Shown in pieces: positions 48,101 through 58,474 of a stretch of 64,000 nt of DNA (the first letter of the stretch is position 1; the number at the start of each line of letters is the position of its first letter). The stretch is from Pelagomonas calceolata (Eukaryota), in assembly GCA_918797485.1 (NCBI GenBank), contig CAKKNE010000002.1, forward strand, positions 2,728,001 to 2,792,000, read 5' to 3'. The notes under the pieces are model-generated. The model was not told where the DNA came from, searched no databases, and saw nothing but the letters and a program-made list of their open reading frames with translations. Both the position numbers and the translations under genes were made by a program.

Positions 48101-49906
48101 CTAGCGCGGGAAGCCCCGGTGCGCCGTCGCGCCGCGGCCCTCGCGCGCGTTCGTCTTCGTCCGCGGCCAGAACGCGCCCAGCCGCCCGCCCGTCGAGGCC
48201 TGCGCGACCTGCGCCACGGCGTTGTCCCCCGACTTCGCCTTGAGGGCGTCGGCCCGCTCCGCGCCCCACCGCCCGAAGCCGCACTTCTTGCAGAAGAACA
48301 TGCGGTACCAGCCGTAGGAGTGGTACTTGCCGATCGCCAGGTTGAACTCCTTCGCCAGGATCTTCAGGGGCCAGAGCAGCTGGGCGATGGCGAAACTCTG
48401 AAGGAACTTGAGCACGTCCGAGGGTGTGAATTGTTCGCACTCGTCTCCAGCGCCAACGCTTCCGGACAATACCTCACACGAAGGGGGATTGAAGAGGACG
48501 AGCAGGGCCAGCACCACGAAGAACGTGCCGATCACGAAGAGGGGCAGCACGATCAGGTGCCCCCCGCCGGTCAGCACCGACTCGAGCCGCCGCCACTTGC
48601 GCTCCTGCTTCCGGCCCTGGTTCTCGAACTGAATGCAGGGGCACGCGAGCATGTAGAAGAGCAGGATGTCCCCGAACACCGTGGGCAGCGTCACGATCAC
48701 GAAGTTCCAGAAAATGCCCTTCCAGTATATGTCCAGTAACGGGTCCTGCCATCCCTCCTGATTGACCTTGAGCATGAGGATCGTCGTGGCGAAGAGACTA
48801 TACGCCGTTAAAACCAAAAGCATCGCCGTCTTCTCGAGCCGGTTGAGCGGGTGGTCGAGGTCGCGGTAGAAGAGCGCCAGGACGGGGTGGTAGTTCCGCG
48901 AGTAGTAGGCGAAGTCCTCGACGTAGCCCGGCGGCGTCTCGTACCAGATGACACAACTATAAAATCGCGCGAGCCAGCCCCGGCCCTCCTCCCTCAACTC
49001 CTCGGCGCCGCGCCCCCAGAAGCACCGGCGCTGGCAGAGGCCGATGACTTTTAAATAGCGCACGCGCTCGCGCGCCAGCGCCGTGACGAAGACCGCCCAC
49101 TCCTCCCTATCTAAGGACCCGCTCCGGTCGGCGTCGACGGCTCTCAATACACGCCGCGCGCGCGCCGGCTCGACGCCGTCCCGGAGTAATAAAGCTCGCA
49201 GCATCTGGCACTTGGAATCCTCGACGAACTTGATGATGCGCGGGTCTTCCGCCGCGTTCCGCAGTTCCGTCAGGGCGATGGTGCCGTCCCCGTCGTCGTC
49301 GAGAATATCGAAGACCTCCGCGGCCTGGTCCAGGTCGATGTGGTCCACGTTCTTCGAGAAGTTCGACAGGACCGTGAGTTCCAGATTCGTAAAGGCGTGG
49401 CCGCGCCGCCCCACGAACTTGTCCTTCGCGAGCCCGCTCTCGACGTCGTCGTCCTCCTCCTCCTCGACCTCTTCTTCCACGTCTTTTGACGAGGACGAGA
49501 AGGGCAGCGCCCCCAGCGCGCGGCTGGCGACGGCGCCCGGCAGGTTTATGGCCGTGCGCACGCCGTAGGACGCGCGCTCCTGCCACGCCCTCAGGCCGAG
49601 CACGTTGCCGAAGGAGTCGTCCTCGTCGAAGACGCGCGTCGGCCGGAAGTCCTCCTCCGTCGCCTCGCCGCCGACGTCGCCCTCGAGCGCCGCGGCGAGG
49701 CAGTCGAAGGCGTGCAGGTCCTCGACCGTGTAGCCCGTCACGAGCGTCGGGTCCTTCCGCTTCTTCACCTCGCGCGGCGTCAGGTTCTCGAAGCTCTGGA
49801 CGAGCGCATCCCAGTCCGCGAGGTCCTGCTGCGTCACGGAGCTCGGGTTGTGGGCCACGTCGCGGATGGCGTCCTGCGTCTCATGGGTGGACTGCGTGCT
49901 GCCCAT
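48101..49906 (-). CDS. EF-hand multi-pass membrane protein
   Basis: MGSTQS (possible myristoylation); DDDGDGTIALTEL and DADRSGSLDREEW EF-hands; ~4 TM helices. Confidence 0.75.
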   Translation of the reverse strand: MGSTQSTHETQDAIRDVAHNPSSVTQQDLADWDALVQSFENLTPREVKKRKDPTLVTGYTVEDLHAFDCLAAALEGDVGGEATEEDFRPTRVFDEDDSFGNVLGLRAWQERASYGVRTAINLPGAVASRALGALPFSSSSKDVEEEVEEEEDDDVESGLAKDKFVGRRGHAFTNLELTVLSNFSKNVDHIDLDQAAEVFDILDDDGDGTIALTELRNAAEDPRIIKFVEDSKCQMLRALLLRDGVEPARARRVLRAVDADRSGSLDREEWAVFVTALARERVRYLKVIGLCQRRCFWGRGAEELREEGRGWLARFYSCVIWYETPPGYVEDFAYYSRNYHPVLALFYRDLDHPLNRLEKTAMLLVLTAYSLFATTILMLKVNQEGWQDPLLDIYWKGIFWNFVIVTLPTVFGDILLFYMLACPCIQFENQGRKQERKWRRLESVLTGGGHLIVLPLFVIGTFFVVLALLVLFNPPSCEVLSGSVGAGDECEQFTPSDVLKFLQSFAIAQLLWPLKILAKEFNLAIGKYHSYGWYRMFFCKKCGFGRWGAERADALKAKSGDNAVAQVAQASTGGRLGAFWPRTKTNAREGRGATAHRGFPR

Positions 49907-50126
49907 CGCTGCCTTTGATCCGGGGCCGCCGCGTTATGATGGGAAGCGTTCCTACGGGGCCGGACTATGGGACCGGCGGCCGCCCGCCGACGGCTGCGGC
50001 ATCTCCCTCCCTCCCGTGGTGCCAATCAGGATCGAAGCCAACCACCACCAGAAAGCTAGCTAGCGAGATGCTAGCGTGTCTCGCGTAGCTCACGACGCTA
50101 GCCGGAGGGCGACGCGCCACGGACAC

Positions 50127-50573
50127 CTACTTAGTCTCTGCCGGCGATTTCCGTCGCTTCCGGCCGCACCGCGCCATGGTCTCGTAGAAGGCCTCGTAGT
50201 CGAGCGCCGCGAGGCACGCGTCCAGGAACCAGCGCTCGCCGTCGGGGCGCGCGCCGCCCCGCAGCGCCGCGCGGCACTCGGCCGCGAACTGCTCGCGCGT
50301 GCCGCCCGCGACCTCCAGGACGCGCTCGGTGGCCTTCTCGAAGAGTCTCAAATATTCACCGTGGAGCTCCGTGAACTCGAAGGAGTGGCCCTCTTCTCTT
50401 GTTTCCGCATCATTGGCGAATGCGGCTGCGTGCTCGTTCACAAAGTCGTCGAAGACGACCTCGAGGCCCTCGTCCTTCGCGCACATGAAGGCCTGGTCCT
50501 TGAAATAGCGGGCGACCTCGGCCATGAGCGGCAGGTCGCCGCCGCGGTCGCGCGCGTCGTCCTTGGACTCCAT
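50127..50573 (-). CDS. BART-domain protein (ARL2BP/CFAP36-like)
   Basis: F..F...HA..F...EGHSFEFTELHGEYLRLFE......G.T.EQF...LAALDYEAF..M. Confidence 0.75.
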   Translation of the reverse strand: MESKDDARDRGGDLPLMAEVARYFKDQAFMCAKDEGLEVVFDDFVNEHAAAFANDAETREEGHSFEFTELHGEYLRLFEKATERVLEVAGGTREQFAAECRAALRGGARPDGERWFLDACLAALDYEAFYETMARCGRKRRKSPAETK

Positions 50574-51100
50574 CGTCGCGTCGCGCGCGCGGTGTGGGTG
50601 TGGTCCTGAAGGCTGGGGCTGCCAGCCACGGAGTGCTCACTGGCCAGTCGGGCTGCCCGCGTTTCCGTAACCGTGGCGAAATGAGCGTACGATGCTGCTG
50701 CCCAGGCGTTCGACCGCTCTCGTCCAAGTTTTGTTGCCGAGGATGGCAGTCTGCCCTGCGCTCTGCTTGCAAGTGCTGTGTGGAGGTTCTGTACGGCTGA
50801 ACGCTCCGCTCGAGAGGTAGTGGGCGCGCGGCCAGAGCGATTGAAGCACCAGAAGGATGGGTACCAAAACCTGTTTTAAGCGCCAACCAAGTGTGATCTC
50901 TGCCATCGTCGAGGTCGTCCGTTTTGCTGCTCTCCCGCTGCACAGCTGAACATATTTCGTGCGGCAACACCGAGCCGACTCCCGGACAGAAGCTCACGTG
51001 ACGCGCTGCGGCAACGACAGCGCGCCAGACGCCACAAAGAGGCCGCGTTCAAAAAGGGCGCGCCAATTATCTCTGCGAAGCACGTTCGGCTGGGCCCCAA

Positions 51101-52387
51101 ATGGCGCAGCCGTCCGGCGCACAACGTGTCCCCGTCGTCGAGGCCGAGGCGCCGCCCGCGCCGCCGCGGGGAAAGCTCGTCCTGCGGCGCCAGCAGACGC
51201 AGGAGGGCGCCGCCGCGCTGCTCGGCCTCGCGGCGCGCGCGCCCGCCGCCGCCCCGCCCGCTGACGCGACGGAGAGCCTCCAGCCGTACGAGGGCAACGA
51301 CGACTGCACCGTCGTCACGACCGAGAGCGGGCGAAAGCCGAAACGGCCGCATCGGAAGCGCGCTTCCGGACGGGCCAGGGCACGCGCGCCCGCCGTCCCC
51401 GTGCCCGCGGCGCCGGCGCCGGCGCCGGCGGTGGGCTGGAGCCCCGACGCGGGCGGCCTGAGCATCTTCGCCGGGCTGACGGGCCCCGGCGCGCCGCCGC
51501 GCGCGCGGCCGCTGCCGCCGCCGTTCCGCGCGGGCCGGCCGCGCGTCGCGCTGCGCCTGGACCGGGCGGCCTTCGCGGGCGTCGTGGACCAGGGGACGCT
51601 GCGCTACTTCCCCGGCGAGGTGCTGTCGCAGACGCGGCCGGCGCCGCCGCCGCCGCCGCCGGGCGGCGCGCGGCGCGCGCTCTTCGTGGGCGACGCCGCG
51701 CCCTTCTTCGACGACGGCGCGGCGCGGCCCGCGGCCCTGAGCGCGCTGACGCACATCGCGCGGGAGACGGGCTGCGTCGTCGTCGTGTCGTCGACGGCGC
51801 CGCGCGGCGTCGCGGCGGCCCTGGGCGCGGCGCTCGGCGCCGAGAACCTGCGCGCGGCCGCGGCCGTGGCCTTCCCGGGCAGCGGCCTCGCGTCCCCCGC
51901 CGAGCGCCAGGTCCTCGAGGTGCTCCAGTGGCTCGCGCGGCGGCCCGACGGCGCGACGCGCCGCTGGGCCTGCCTCGACGCGAGTGGTGATCTGAGGACG
52001 GCCTACCTGGCCGTCGCGCGCGCGGCCCGCGCCGCGCCGGCGCTCGCGTCGCGCTTCGTCCGCGCGCCGGCCTTTGACGAGGGCACGCTGCACGCCGTGA
52101 CGACGCGGCTCGACGCCGCCGCCGCCGCGGCGCCGCGCGCGCCGCCGCCGGCGCCCGCGCGGCCGGCGGCCTTCGCCGTGCCCGTCCGGGCGCCGCCGCC
52201 GCTGCCGCCGCCGCCGCCGGTGCCCGTGCGCGGCCGCTTCGACGAGTTCGCCTTCCGCGAGGTGCCGAGTCCGGCCAAGCCGAGCCCGGCCAAGCGCGAG
52301 CGGAGGGCTCCACCGTCGCCGCGGTCGCCGGCGCTCAAGCGCCTCCGCCGCGAGAGCGCGTCGCCGGTGCTCGTCGCGACGGTGTGA
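51101..52387 (+). CDS. Pro-rich protein with degenerate HAD (Swiss-army-knife type) domain
   Basis: ALSALTHIARETGCVVVVSST and EVLQWL..RWACLD resemble HAD_SAK_2 motifs. Confidence 0.5.
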   Translation: MAQPSGAQRVPVVEAEAPPAPPRGKLVLRRQQTQEGAAALLGLAARAPAAAPPADATESLQPYEGNDDCTVVTTESGRKPKRPHRKRASGRARARAPAVPVPAAPAPAPAVGWSPDAGGLSIFAGLTGPGAPPRARPLPPPFRAGRPRVALRLDRAAFAGVVDQGTLRYFPGEVLSQTRPAPPPPPPGGARRALFVGDAAPFFDDGAARPAALSALTHIARETGCVVVVSSTAPRGVAAALGAALGAENLRAAAAVAFPGSGLASPAERQVLEVLQWLARRPDGATRRWACLDASGDLRTAYLAVARAARAAPALASRFVRAPAFDEGTLHAVTTRLDAAAAAAPRAPPPAPARPAAFAVPVRAPPPLPPPPPVPVRGRFDEFAFREVPSPAKPSPAKRERRAPPSPRSPALKRLRRESASPVLVATV

Positions 52388-52602
52388 CCGACCACCTCTA
52401 TCCAAGAAGAAGCAAGAAGAACGAAGACCCTGTAATCCCCCTCCCGGCAGTAACGAAGTACTGATAGATTCGCACTTCCCGCGGGGACATTCCCGGAAGT
52501 ACCGCCTACCCGCTGGACAGAGCGGAAATTAAGCTCTGAACTTCACTATTCGGGGGTCAGCCGGAGAGGTCTGTTTTCAAAAGCCATCCGCCTGGGCCTG
52601 TG

Positions 52603-52651
52603 TACATGTATACTATATATATGTATATATACATATATATATACATATATA
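52603..52651. repeat. (TA)n/(TATAC)-type microsatellite
   Basis: tacatgtatactatatatatgtatatatacatatatatatacatatata. Confidence 0.9.
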
Positions 52652-52658
52652 CGGATTC

Positions 52659-52678
52659 CTAGTGTGTCGATACGCTAG
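52659..52678 (-). promoter_or_regulatory. Degenerate CTAG bipartite motif copy
   Basis: Reverse complement ctagcgtatcgacacactag next to the microsatellite, with no adjacent CDS start. Confidence 0.45.
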
Positions 52679-52708
52679 ATCGCTAGGTCTTGCGGCTCGC
52701 CAAAATAC

Positions 52709-53372
52709 ACCAGCGATTGACGGCGCCATCTACCGTCCAAATGGGACATCATATCAACTCCAGCCTAGTTTTCATGCACACTCGACGGAACCGGAGCCGA
52801 CGGCCCGCGCTCGGAGGGCGGGAAAAGAATTCTACTAGACAACTCTCGCGTTTATGTTCGTTTCCTTCCGTTTGTTAGTGGTAGAGTCCATCCAGACCGC
52901 TAGTACATTTGCCTATCTATATTAGGGGCTCCGTTAGAGCCGCGCGAAACGACGACTTCGCGACCCCCGCGTTTGTGCGGGAAGGCCTCATAACCTAAAC
53001 CTGCGAGTATCAACGACTCAACTATCCAGATGGACCATAACGCCGTTGTTCTATTCACAATCGACCGACTTGCCCGTTCTCCGCGGACGACGGTGCGTAC
53101 GCGGGGCACCGGAAAGGCCCCAGACCGGTGGTTTATAAAATAAATTTGCGTTTCAGGCGCTTTAGTTCTAGGACGGGCCATCTAACCGGCTTGATTGTGT
53201 ACTACATTGCTCCGAGACCCAAAGATGCTCGGCGCGGGTCGTCGGTCTCGCGAGCCCACAATCTCGCTAATTTGGACTTAATACCTGGACCTGCGACCAT
53301 CAGCCCGTGTACCATCACCATGGACCATGACGCGACCATTTGTTCCATGATCGACCGACTTGAGCGAGGTCC
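52709..53372. repeat. Degenerate 290-bp-period direct repeat (2 clear copies + 1 partial)
   Basis: 52991-53080 versus 53281-53370 align ungapped at 57/90 identity by hand count; partial copy at ~52709-52749. Confidence 0.6.
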
Positions 53373-53988
53373 AGATCAAGATGTTCACGTCCCGAGCGTG
53401 GTCGGCCCAAAGTACCCTTCTTATAATGTAGATGTCATATACTCGTAGTTGACTATCGCTGGGGTAGTATGGGGTCCGACGAGACCGCTACAGCGACTAC
53501 TGGGGGCCCTCGGGTCATTGACGTTTTTGACGGGAACGAGGCGCTATCGGGCCCAAATTGCGCGCTCTTTTCGGGGGCAGATCGGCTCCTGGCGGCCTCT
53601 CGGGGTAGGTCTAGTAGTGTGTAAGCGCCTACACCGCATACGCCGTCGATGCGGCAGCCTAGTGCTCTCGGAGAGCCCTGGAAAGCAAACCCTCGCTAAA
53701 GCTGCTAAAGTGGCGTGGGCTGCTGAGAGAATTCGGCCAAAAATGCTTGAAGCGGCGGCGCATGCGGCGTAGGCGCTTGCACGTGTATAGTATCGACCCT
53801 AGGCGACCCCAGGGAGACCTATTTGGCAGGGATGGACAGGATTAAACAGGCGCGGCCGCCCTGTGGCCTCGGCCGCCTCCGCACCGCGAAACTATTTTTG
53901 GCCCCCAGGAAGTGTCCCATTGATCTCTTTGGACCAGTAGCGAACTGAGCGGTACTCGAACACTGCATGCCGCGTTCGCTCTTTGCTT

Positions 53989-54010
53989 GCTAGTGTGTCT
54001 ACTGGCTGGC
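53989..54010 (-). promoter_or_regulatory. Degenerate CTAG bipartite motif copy
   Basis: Reverse complement gccagccagtagacacactagc(aag) upstream of the ATG at 54171(+). Confidence 0.45.
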
Positions 54011-54170
54011 CGCGGCAAAAAATGGCCGACGCGTTTTAGCTTGCAGAGGCCAGGACGAGGCTTAACGGCCTTGTGCATATCTAGGCGTGCTAAGGACAGC
54101 ACATAGGTGGAGCACATCGCGACAAAGCCCGCTCAAAACGCTACAGCAAGTCGATACATCGGATTTGAAC

Positions 54171-55841
54171 ATGATGTTACCCGTCGTCGTCGCATGCGTC
54201 GCAGCAGCAGCAGCGGCGGAGCTCCACGCGAACCCGCCGCTCACGGCCGCCACGCCGAACCGCACGCGCGTGCACGCCGACGCGGCGCTGCTCCTCGCCG
54301 GCCTCGACTGGGCCGGCGACGCGCCGGACAACGCCACCGTCGCACCGATCATTCGAAGGCACCCGCTCGTCGTCGCCTTCCGCCGCACGAAACAGCTCGT
54401 CGGCCGCGTGCCGAAGCTCTATCGCTGGCTCACGCGGCTCGTGAACCCGCGGCCCGTCGAGCCGCCGCCACCGCCGGAGCCCGTCGCCGCGCCGGCGGCG
54501 ACGCCGCCGGTCTACGACGCCGGCGCGGCGCTCGACGCCTACGCGCGGAGCTGCGCGCGCTACGCGGTGTCGGCGAACGGCGCGGTGCTCGGCGCGCTGC
54601 GTTTTGGGGGCGTCTGCGTCAAGCCGTCGGACGAGAGCGGCGGCGCGCCCTTCGGCGACGCCGATTTATTGGCCGTGGTGGACGCGATCTGCGACCCGGC
54701 GTCCGTCGCGCGCGCGTTGGATCTCACGCGCGTCGACGGGGCGCGCTTTACCCAAGCGTGCGCCGCGCGCGCGCTGTCGCACGCTTTAGCTAAAGCCGAC
54801 CGAGGGCGAGGACTGGCGTACCTGGCGCTGGTCGGGGCGCCGCTCGGCCCGCGCGGCGCCGAGCGCCTCGCGACGGCGGCGACGCCTCAACTCCGCGCGC
54901 TGCGTTTACAGGGCTGCGACGCGCGCGACGCGGGCTTGGACGCCTTCGCCCAGGCGCTGGGCGAGCGTTTACCGCAATTGGAGCGCCTCGATGTCAGCCG
55001 GAACCGCGCGTCCTTGCACGCGTGCAAGCGGCTCAAGAAGGCGGCCAAGGCGCGCGGCGCGAATGGTGGGAAAAAGTGCCGCGTCGAGCTCCGGGGCAAC
55101 TGCCTCGCCCTCGAAATGGCCTGCGCGGCGACGCACGCGGCGGGGGTGGCGGCCTTCGCGACGGGGGGGCCGTACCTCCTCCACGAGGCCAAAAGATTAG
55201 GTTTGGACGGCGCCTGCGTGCGCTCGCTCGCCGTCTACGCGTCGGCGCACGTGTTTTATTTCGCCGCGTCGGCCCAGACGCACCTCGCGGAGGCGCGCTT
55301 CGGCCGGGCGCGGCCGGCGCTGCCGGGCGCGCCGCGGCCGCCGCCGCGGTCGCGCTGGGACCGCGCGGCGCCGGCGCTCGTGCTCGCCGCGACGCACTAC
55401 CCCTTCGCCGCCTTCCTCCAGCTCGACGCCGCGACTTCTCGTCGAGTCCACGGCGCGGCCCTCGCGCTCTGCGCTTTCACCTTGTGCCGCGAGCCGCCGG
55501 GCGTCGACCGCGACCCGCCCTCATTGCGCGTCGGCAAGTACGCGCCCGTCGAGACGCTGGCGCTCTTGTTTGTGGGCAGCTTCGCCGCGTCGGCGACGGC
55601 CCTGCCGCTGCGGCGCGCGCTCGGCGACGCCGCGTTCCGGTCGCTCGCGGCGGGCGCGCTGCTCCACGTCGCGGCGGCGATCTGCCACGTCGCCGCCGGC
55701 GCGGGCCACGCCGCCGCGCACGCGCTCACGCTGACGGGCGCGGCGCTCCACGCCATGGTCGTGCTCAAGTCGCTGGTCTGGCACTTCCTGCCCGCGGCGC
55801 CCCCGGCGCCGCGGCCGCCCGGGGCGGCGCCTCCGGTCTAA
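54171..55841 (+). CDS. RI-like LRR + hemolysin III/PAQR-like membrane protein
   Basis: LRRs (LRALRLQGC, LERLDVSRN) followed by E.A.AATH..G, S..TH, DRAA..L.LAATHYPF and H...H....GAALH. Confidence 0.65.
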   Translation: MMLPVVVACVAAAAAAELHANPPLTAATPNRTRVHADAALLLAGLDWAGDAPDNATVAPIIRRHPLVVAFRRTKQLVGRVPKLYRWLTRLVNPRPVEPPPPPEPVAAPAATPPVYDAGAALDAYARSCARYAVSANGAVLGALRFGGVCVKPSDESGGAPFGDADLLAVVDAICDPASVARALDLTRVDGARFTQACAARALSHALAKADRGRGLAYLALVGAPLGPRGAERLATAATPQLRALRLQGCDARDAGLDAFAQALGERLPQLERLDVSRNRASLHACKRLKKAAKARGANGGKKCRVELRGNCLALEMACAATHAAGVAAFATGGPYLLHEAKRLGLDGACVRSLAVYASAHVFYFAASAQTHLAEARFGRARPALPGAPRPPPRSRWDRAAPALVLAATHYPFAAFLQLDAATSRRVHGAALALCAFTLCREPPGVDRDPPSLRVGKYAPVETLALLFVGSFAASATALPLRRALGDAAFRSLAAGALLHVAAAICHVAAGAGHAAAHALTLTGAALHAMVVLKSLVWHFLPAAPPAPRPPGAAPPV

Positions 55842-55851
55842 ACTTTGTGTA

Positions 55852-56442
55852 CTACTTACCCCTTCTACCGCGGCCTCGCCCACGGCCTCGACCCCTCCCG
55901 ATTTTCAGCGGCCGCAGGCCCGTGACGAGCTCGCCCTCGAGCGCCGAGAGCGTCGCGTTCGCCCGGAGCTTCGCGGCGGCGTCGCCGCTCTTCTCGGCCT
56001 TGGCGACGGCCTCGCGCGCGGCCTTGAGCGTCTCCTCCTTCTTCGCCTTGCCCGACGCCTGCTCGTCCGCCTCGGCCTTGGCGATGCACGGTTGGCACCG
56101 CTGCTTCGCGGGCCCCTTCTTCAGCTGCGGCTTCGTGAACGCGGACACGGGCAGGTTCTCCTTGCAGGCCGCGCAGGTGGCGGTGTCTGTCGTTGCGGAG
56201 GGCGCGGCGGCCTTGGTCTTGGCCGCCGCCGCGGCGCGCTCGTCGGCCGCGGCCTTGTCGACGCAAATTTTGCACTTCAACGTGCCGTTCCCGTCCTTCT
56301 TATAGCGCTCCTGCATCTTCTTCGAGAACTCGCTCGCCGTGAGGCGCTTGCGCCGGCAGACCGAGCACTCGAAGTCGCCCGCCCAGTTGTTCACGGCGAC
56401 GCCGGCGTGCGTGACCTTGTTCTGCTGCGCGTAGCTGGCCAT
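55852..56442 (-). CDS. Stc1-like double zinc-finger protein
   Basis: CSVC..L..SEFSKKM..CKIC and CAAC..LP.SAFTKPQL..CQPC; RG-rich tail. Confidence 0.7.
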   Translation of the reverse strand: MASYAQQNKVTHAGVAVNNWAGDFECSVCRRKRLTASEFSKKMQERYKKDGNGTLKCKICVDKAAADERAAAAAKTKAAAPSATTDTATCAACKENLPVSAFTKPQLKKGPAKQRCQPCIAKAEADEQASGKAKKEETLKAAREAVAKAEKSGDAAAKLRANATLSALEGELVTGLRPLKIGRGRGRGRGRGRRGK

Positions 56443-56660
56443 CGCCGCTGCGGTATTTTGTGGCCTTGCTTTGCAGACGTGTCTGGTATCTGCCGCAGCG
56501 ATGTCTTGCAGTGTGCAGTGGTCGGTGCAGTGCTTCGCAGCCTAGCGCTGCGCAGGTTGCACGAAGCGATGCGCAACAATTTGTTATGGATTACTAGCCT
56601 TCCGGACGCCAACGTTAAAATGTATAGGACGCTTGCTGCTTGCCCAAGCCAAAAAAGTGC

Positions 56661-56684
56661 GCTAGCGTCATGTAACACACTAGC
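56661..56684 (+). promoter_or_regulatory. CTAG bipartite motif copy
   Basis: gctagcgtcatgtaacacactagc between divergent starts 56442(-) and 56723(+). Confidence 0.7.
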
Positions 56685-56722
56685 AGTCCGCCGCACCCGG
56701 CAAAAAAGCCAGCATTAACATC

Positions 56723-58471
56723 ATGCGGCGCCTCACCGCGCAGCTGCTCGGCTTAGCCGCCATAGCCCGCGGCGCCTTCTGGAAAAAACCAGCCCAGGAG
56801 GCAGCAGCGGTGCCGGAGTACGTCCTGACGGAGGAGCACCACCACGTGCTGCCGCACCTCCTCGCACTCGTCGCGGAGGGCAAGGTCCGCAAGCGGGCGA
56901 CCCTGGTGCACCTCGACTCGCACCACGACGCGGGCCTGCCATCAAATTGGAACCACGAGGACAACGAGCACGACACGCAGCTGGCGCACACGCACATTAA
57001 TAATTTCCTCTTCGCGTTGGGTTTATTAGAAGCGGTGGAGCACGTGATCTTCGTGGAGCCGCCGTGGTCGCGGCAGTGCGTGAGCCTGCACAACCGGACG
57101 AAGGCACTGCGCCTCGGATTTATTGAAGGCGCGCCGCGCGTCTCGTATGATGCGACGCCGGCGGAGCAGCGCGCGCTCGGGGGCTTTTTCGACGACCACC
57201 AGGTGGTGGACGACCTCGCGGAGTCCGTGACGGTGCGGTTTTCGGTCGTGGCCTTGAGTGACGCGCCTTCTATGATTTCAAAGCTCGTCGGAGACAAGGC
57301 GGACGTGATCTTGGACGTGGACTTGGACGCCTACGGCACGACGTCGCCCGGCGCGCTCGCGTTGCGCTCCGCGGGCCTCGACCCGGTCACAATCCGCCGG
57401 CTCTACCGCCTCGCGCACGACATGTGCGTCTTCGACGAGATGTACGACTTTTCTCAACCCTACAAGTCACCAAACTGTAAAGAGGAGCCCCTGGGCTCCG
57501 GCCCCGTGACGCGGCGCAAGGTCGCGGACGAGTTGCGGGACGTCGTGGACAGCGCCGAGCGCGCTTCATCAATCACGTGGACGGATGCCAGAAGAGGCGC
57601 CGTCGCCGCCACACTAAGACCCTTTGCCCAACAGCTGCAGGCGTCCTTCAACATCGAAGAAAAAATGAAGCAGTTTATTGCGCAGCCTTTTAATGATAAC
57701 GCCGGCAGTGTAGCGGGCGTCGGGAAGGTACTGAGAGAAACGATCCGCCGACTGGAGCGGGTCAGGGCGGTCACGGCCGTGCGGTCGCCCTTCTACGCCC
57801 CGGCCGAGTTGCTTAGTGTAATCGAGTGCCAGGCTTTTGGACTCTTCGGTGAGATTTTTGGCGACGGCGGTGCATTGAGGTACCACGACGGCGTCCGGGC
57901 GAATCGGACGGGCTGCCTCGCGAAGCACCCCCACGACGACCATGCTACGGTCGGCGCCTTCCGTCATATTGAAACGATGGAGCTCCGGGAGGAAGATGTG
58001 GACGACCTCTTCTTTTCGGAGGAGGAGAGCGACGAGGTCGTCGAGGCGCGGTTCGTCAATGATGGGGAAGACTCCGTGGACATCTACTGGCGCGTGCTCA
58101 AGCTCGAGACGCTGGAGGCGGGCAAAGAGACGGCCTTCGAGACGACGGCGGGCTCGCGGTGGTCGTTCCGACAAGGCGAGAAGGTGCTGAAGAGCGTGCG
58201 CGTCGGCCGCGCCGCGCGCAACGTCTACGCGTTGCAAGGCCAGAGCTTCGACGCGCACCCCGTCGAGATGACGTTTGTGACTCCGAGTGACGCGCGCGTC
58301 GTGTTTGATGCGGGCGAGGGCGAGGTCGAGTACGAGGGCGACCGGGCGCACCCGGTCGAGACGTACCACGGCCACGTCTGGCGCGCCTATGATATGATGG
58401 GCAACCTGCTCGGGTCGTTTACTGTAAACGCGGCCGAGGGCTACCGCCAGGAGTTTCGCACAGAACTTTAG
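56723..58471 (+). CDS. Secreted/ER UPF0489 (C5orf22-like) protein with C-terminal VHL-beta-like repeats
   Basis: EEHHHVLP, LVHLDSHHD, HINNF, ILDVDLDAY; FVN..DSVDIYW..ETT.G.RW and ETYHGHVWRA; ends in RTEL. Confidence 0.7.
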   Translation: MRRLTAQLLGLAAIARGAFWKKPAQEAAAVPEYVLTEEHHHVLPHLLALVAEGKVRKRATLVHLDSHHDAGLPSNWNHEDNEHDTQLAHTHINNFLFALGLLEAVEHVIFVEPPWSRQCVSLHNRTKALRLGFIEGAPRVSYDATPAEQRALGGFFDDHQVVDDLAESVTVRFSVVALSDAPSMISKLVGDKADVILDVDLDAYGTTSPGALALRSAGLDPVTIRRLYRLAHDMCVFDEMYDFSQPYKSPNCKEEPLGSGPVTRRKVADELRDVVDSAERASSITWTDARRGAVAATLRPFAQQLQASFNIEEKMKQFIAQPFNDNAGSVAGVGKVLRETIRRLERVRAVTAVRSPFYAPAELLSVIECQAFGLFGEIFGDGGALRYHDGVRANRTGCLAKHPHDDHATVGAFRHIETMELREEDVDDLFFSEEESDEVVEARFVNDGEDSVDIYWRVLKLETLEAGKETAFETTAGSRWSFRQGEKVLKSVRVGRAARNVYALQGQSFDAHPVEMTFVTPSDARVVFDAGEGEVEYEGDRAHPVETYHGHVWRAYDMMGNLLGSFTVNAAEGYRQEFRTEL

Positions 58472-58474
58472 TAA

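Noticed and set aside
52440..52600. Possible tRNA/snRNA hairpins
   Set aside because: No cloverleaf, A/B boxes or recognisable snRNA motifs.
52900..53772. Short ORFs 52900-53181(-), 53128-53448(+), 53449-53772(+)
   Set aside because: They lack the strong GC3 bias of real genes here, two have non-ATG starts, and no domain was recognised.
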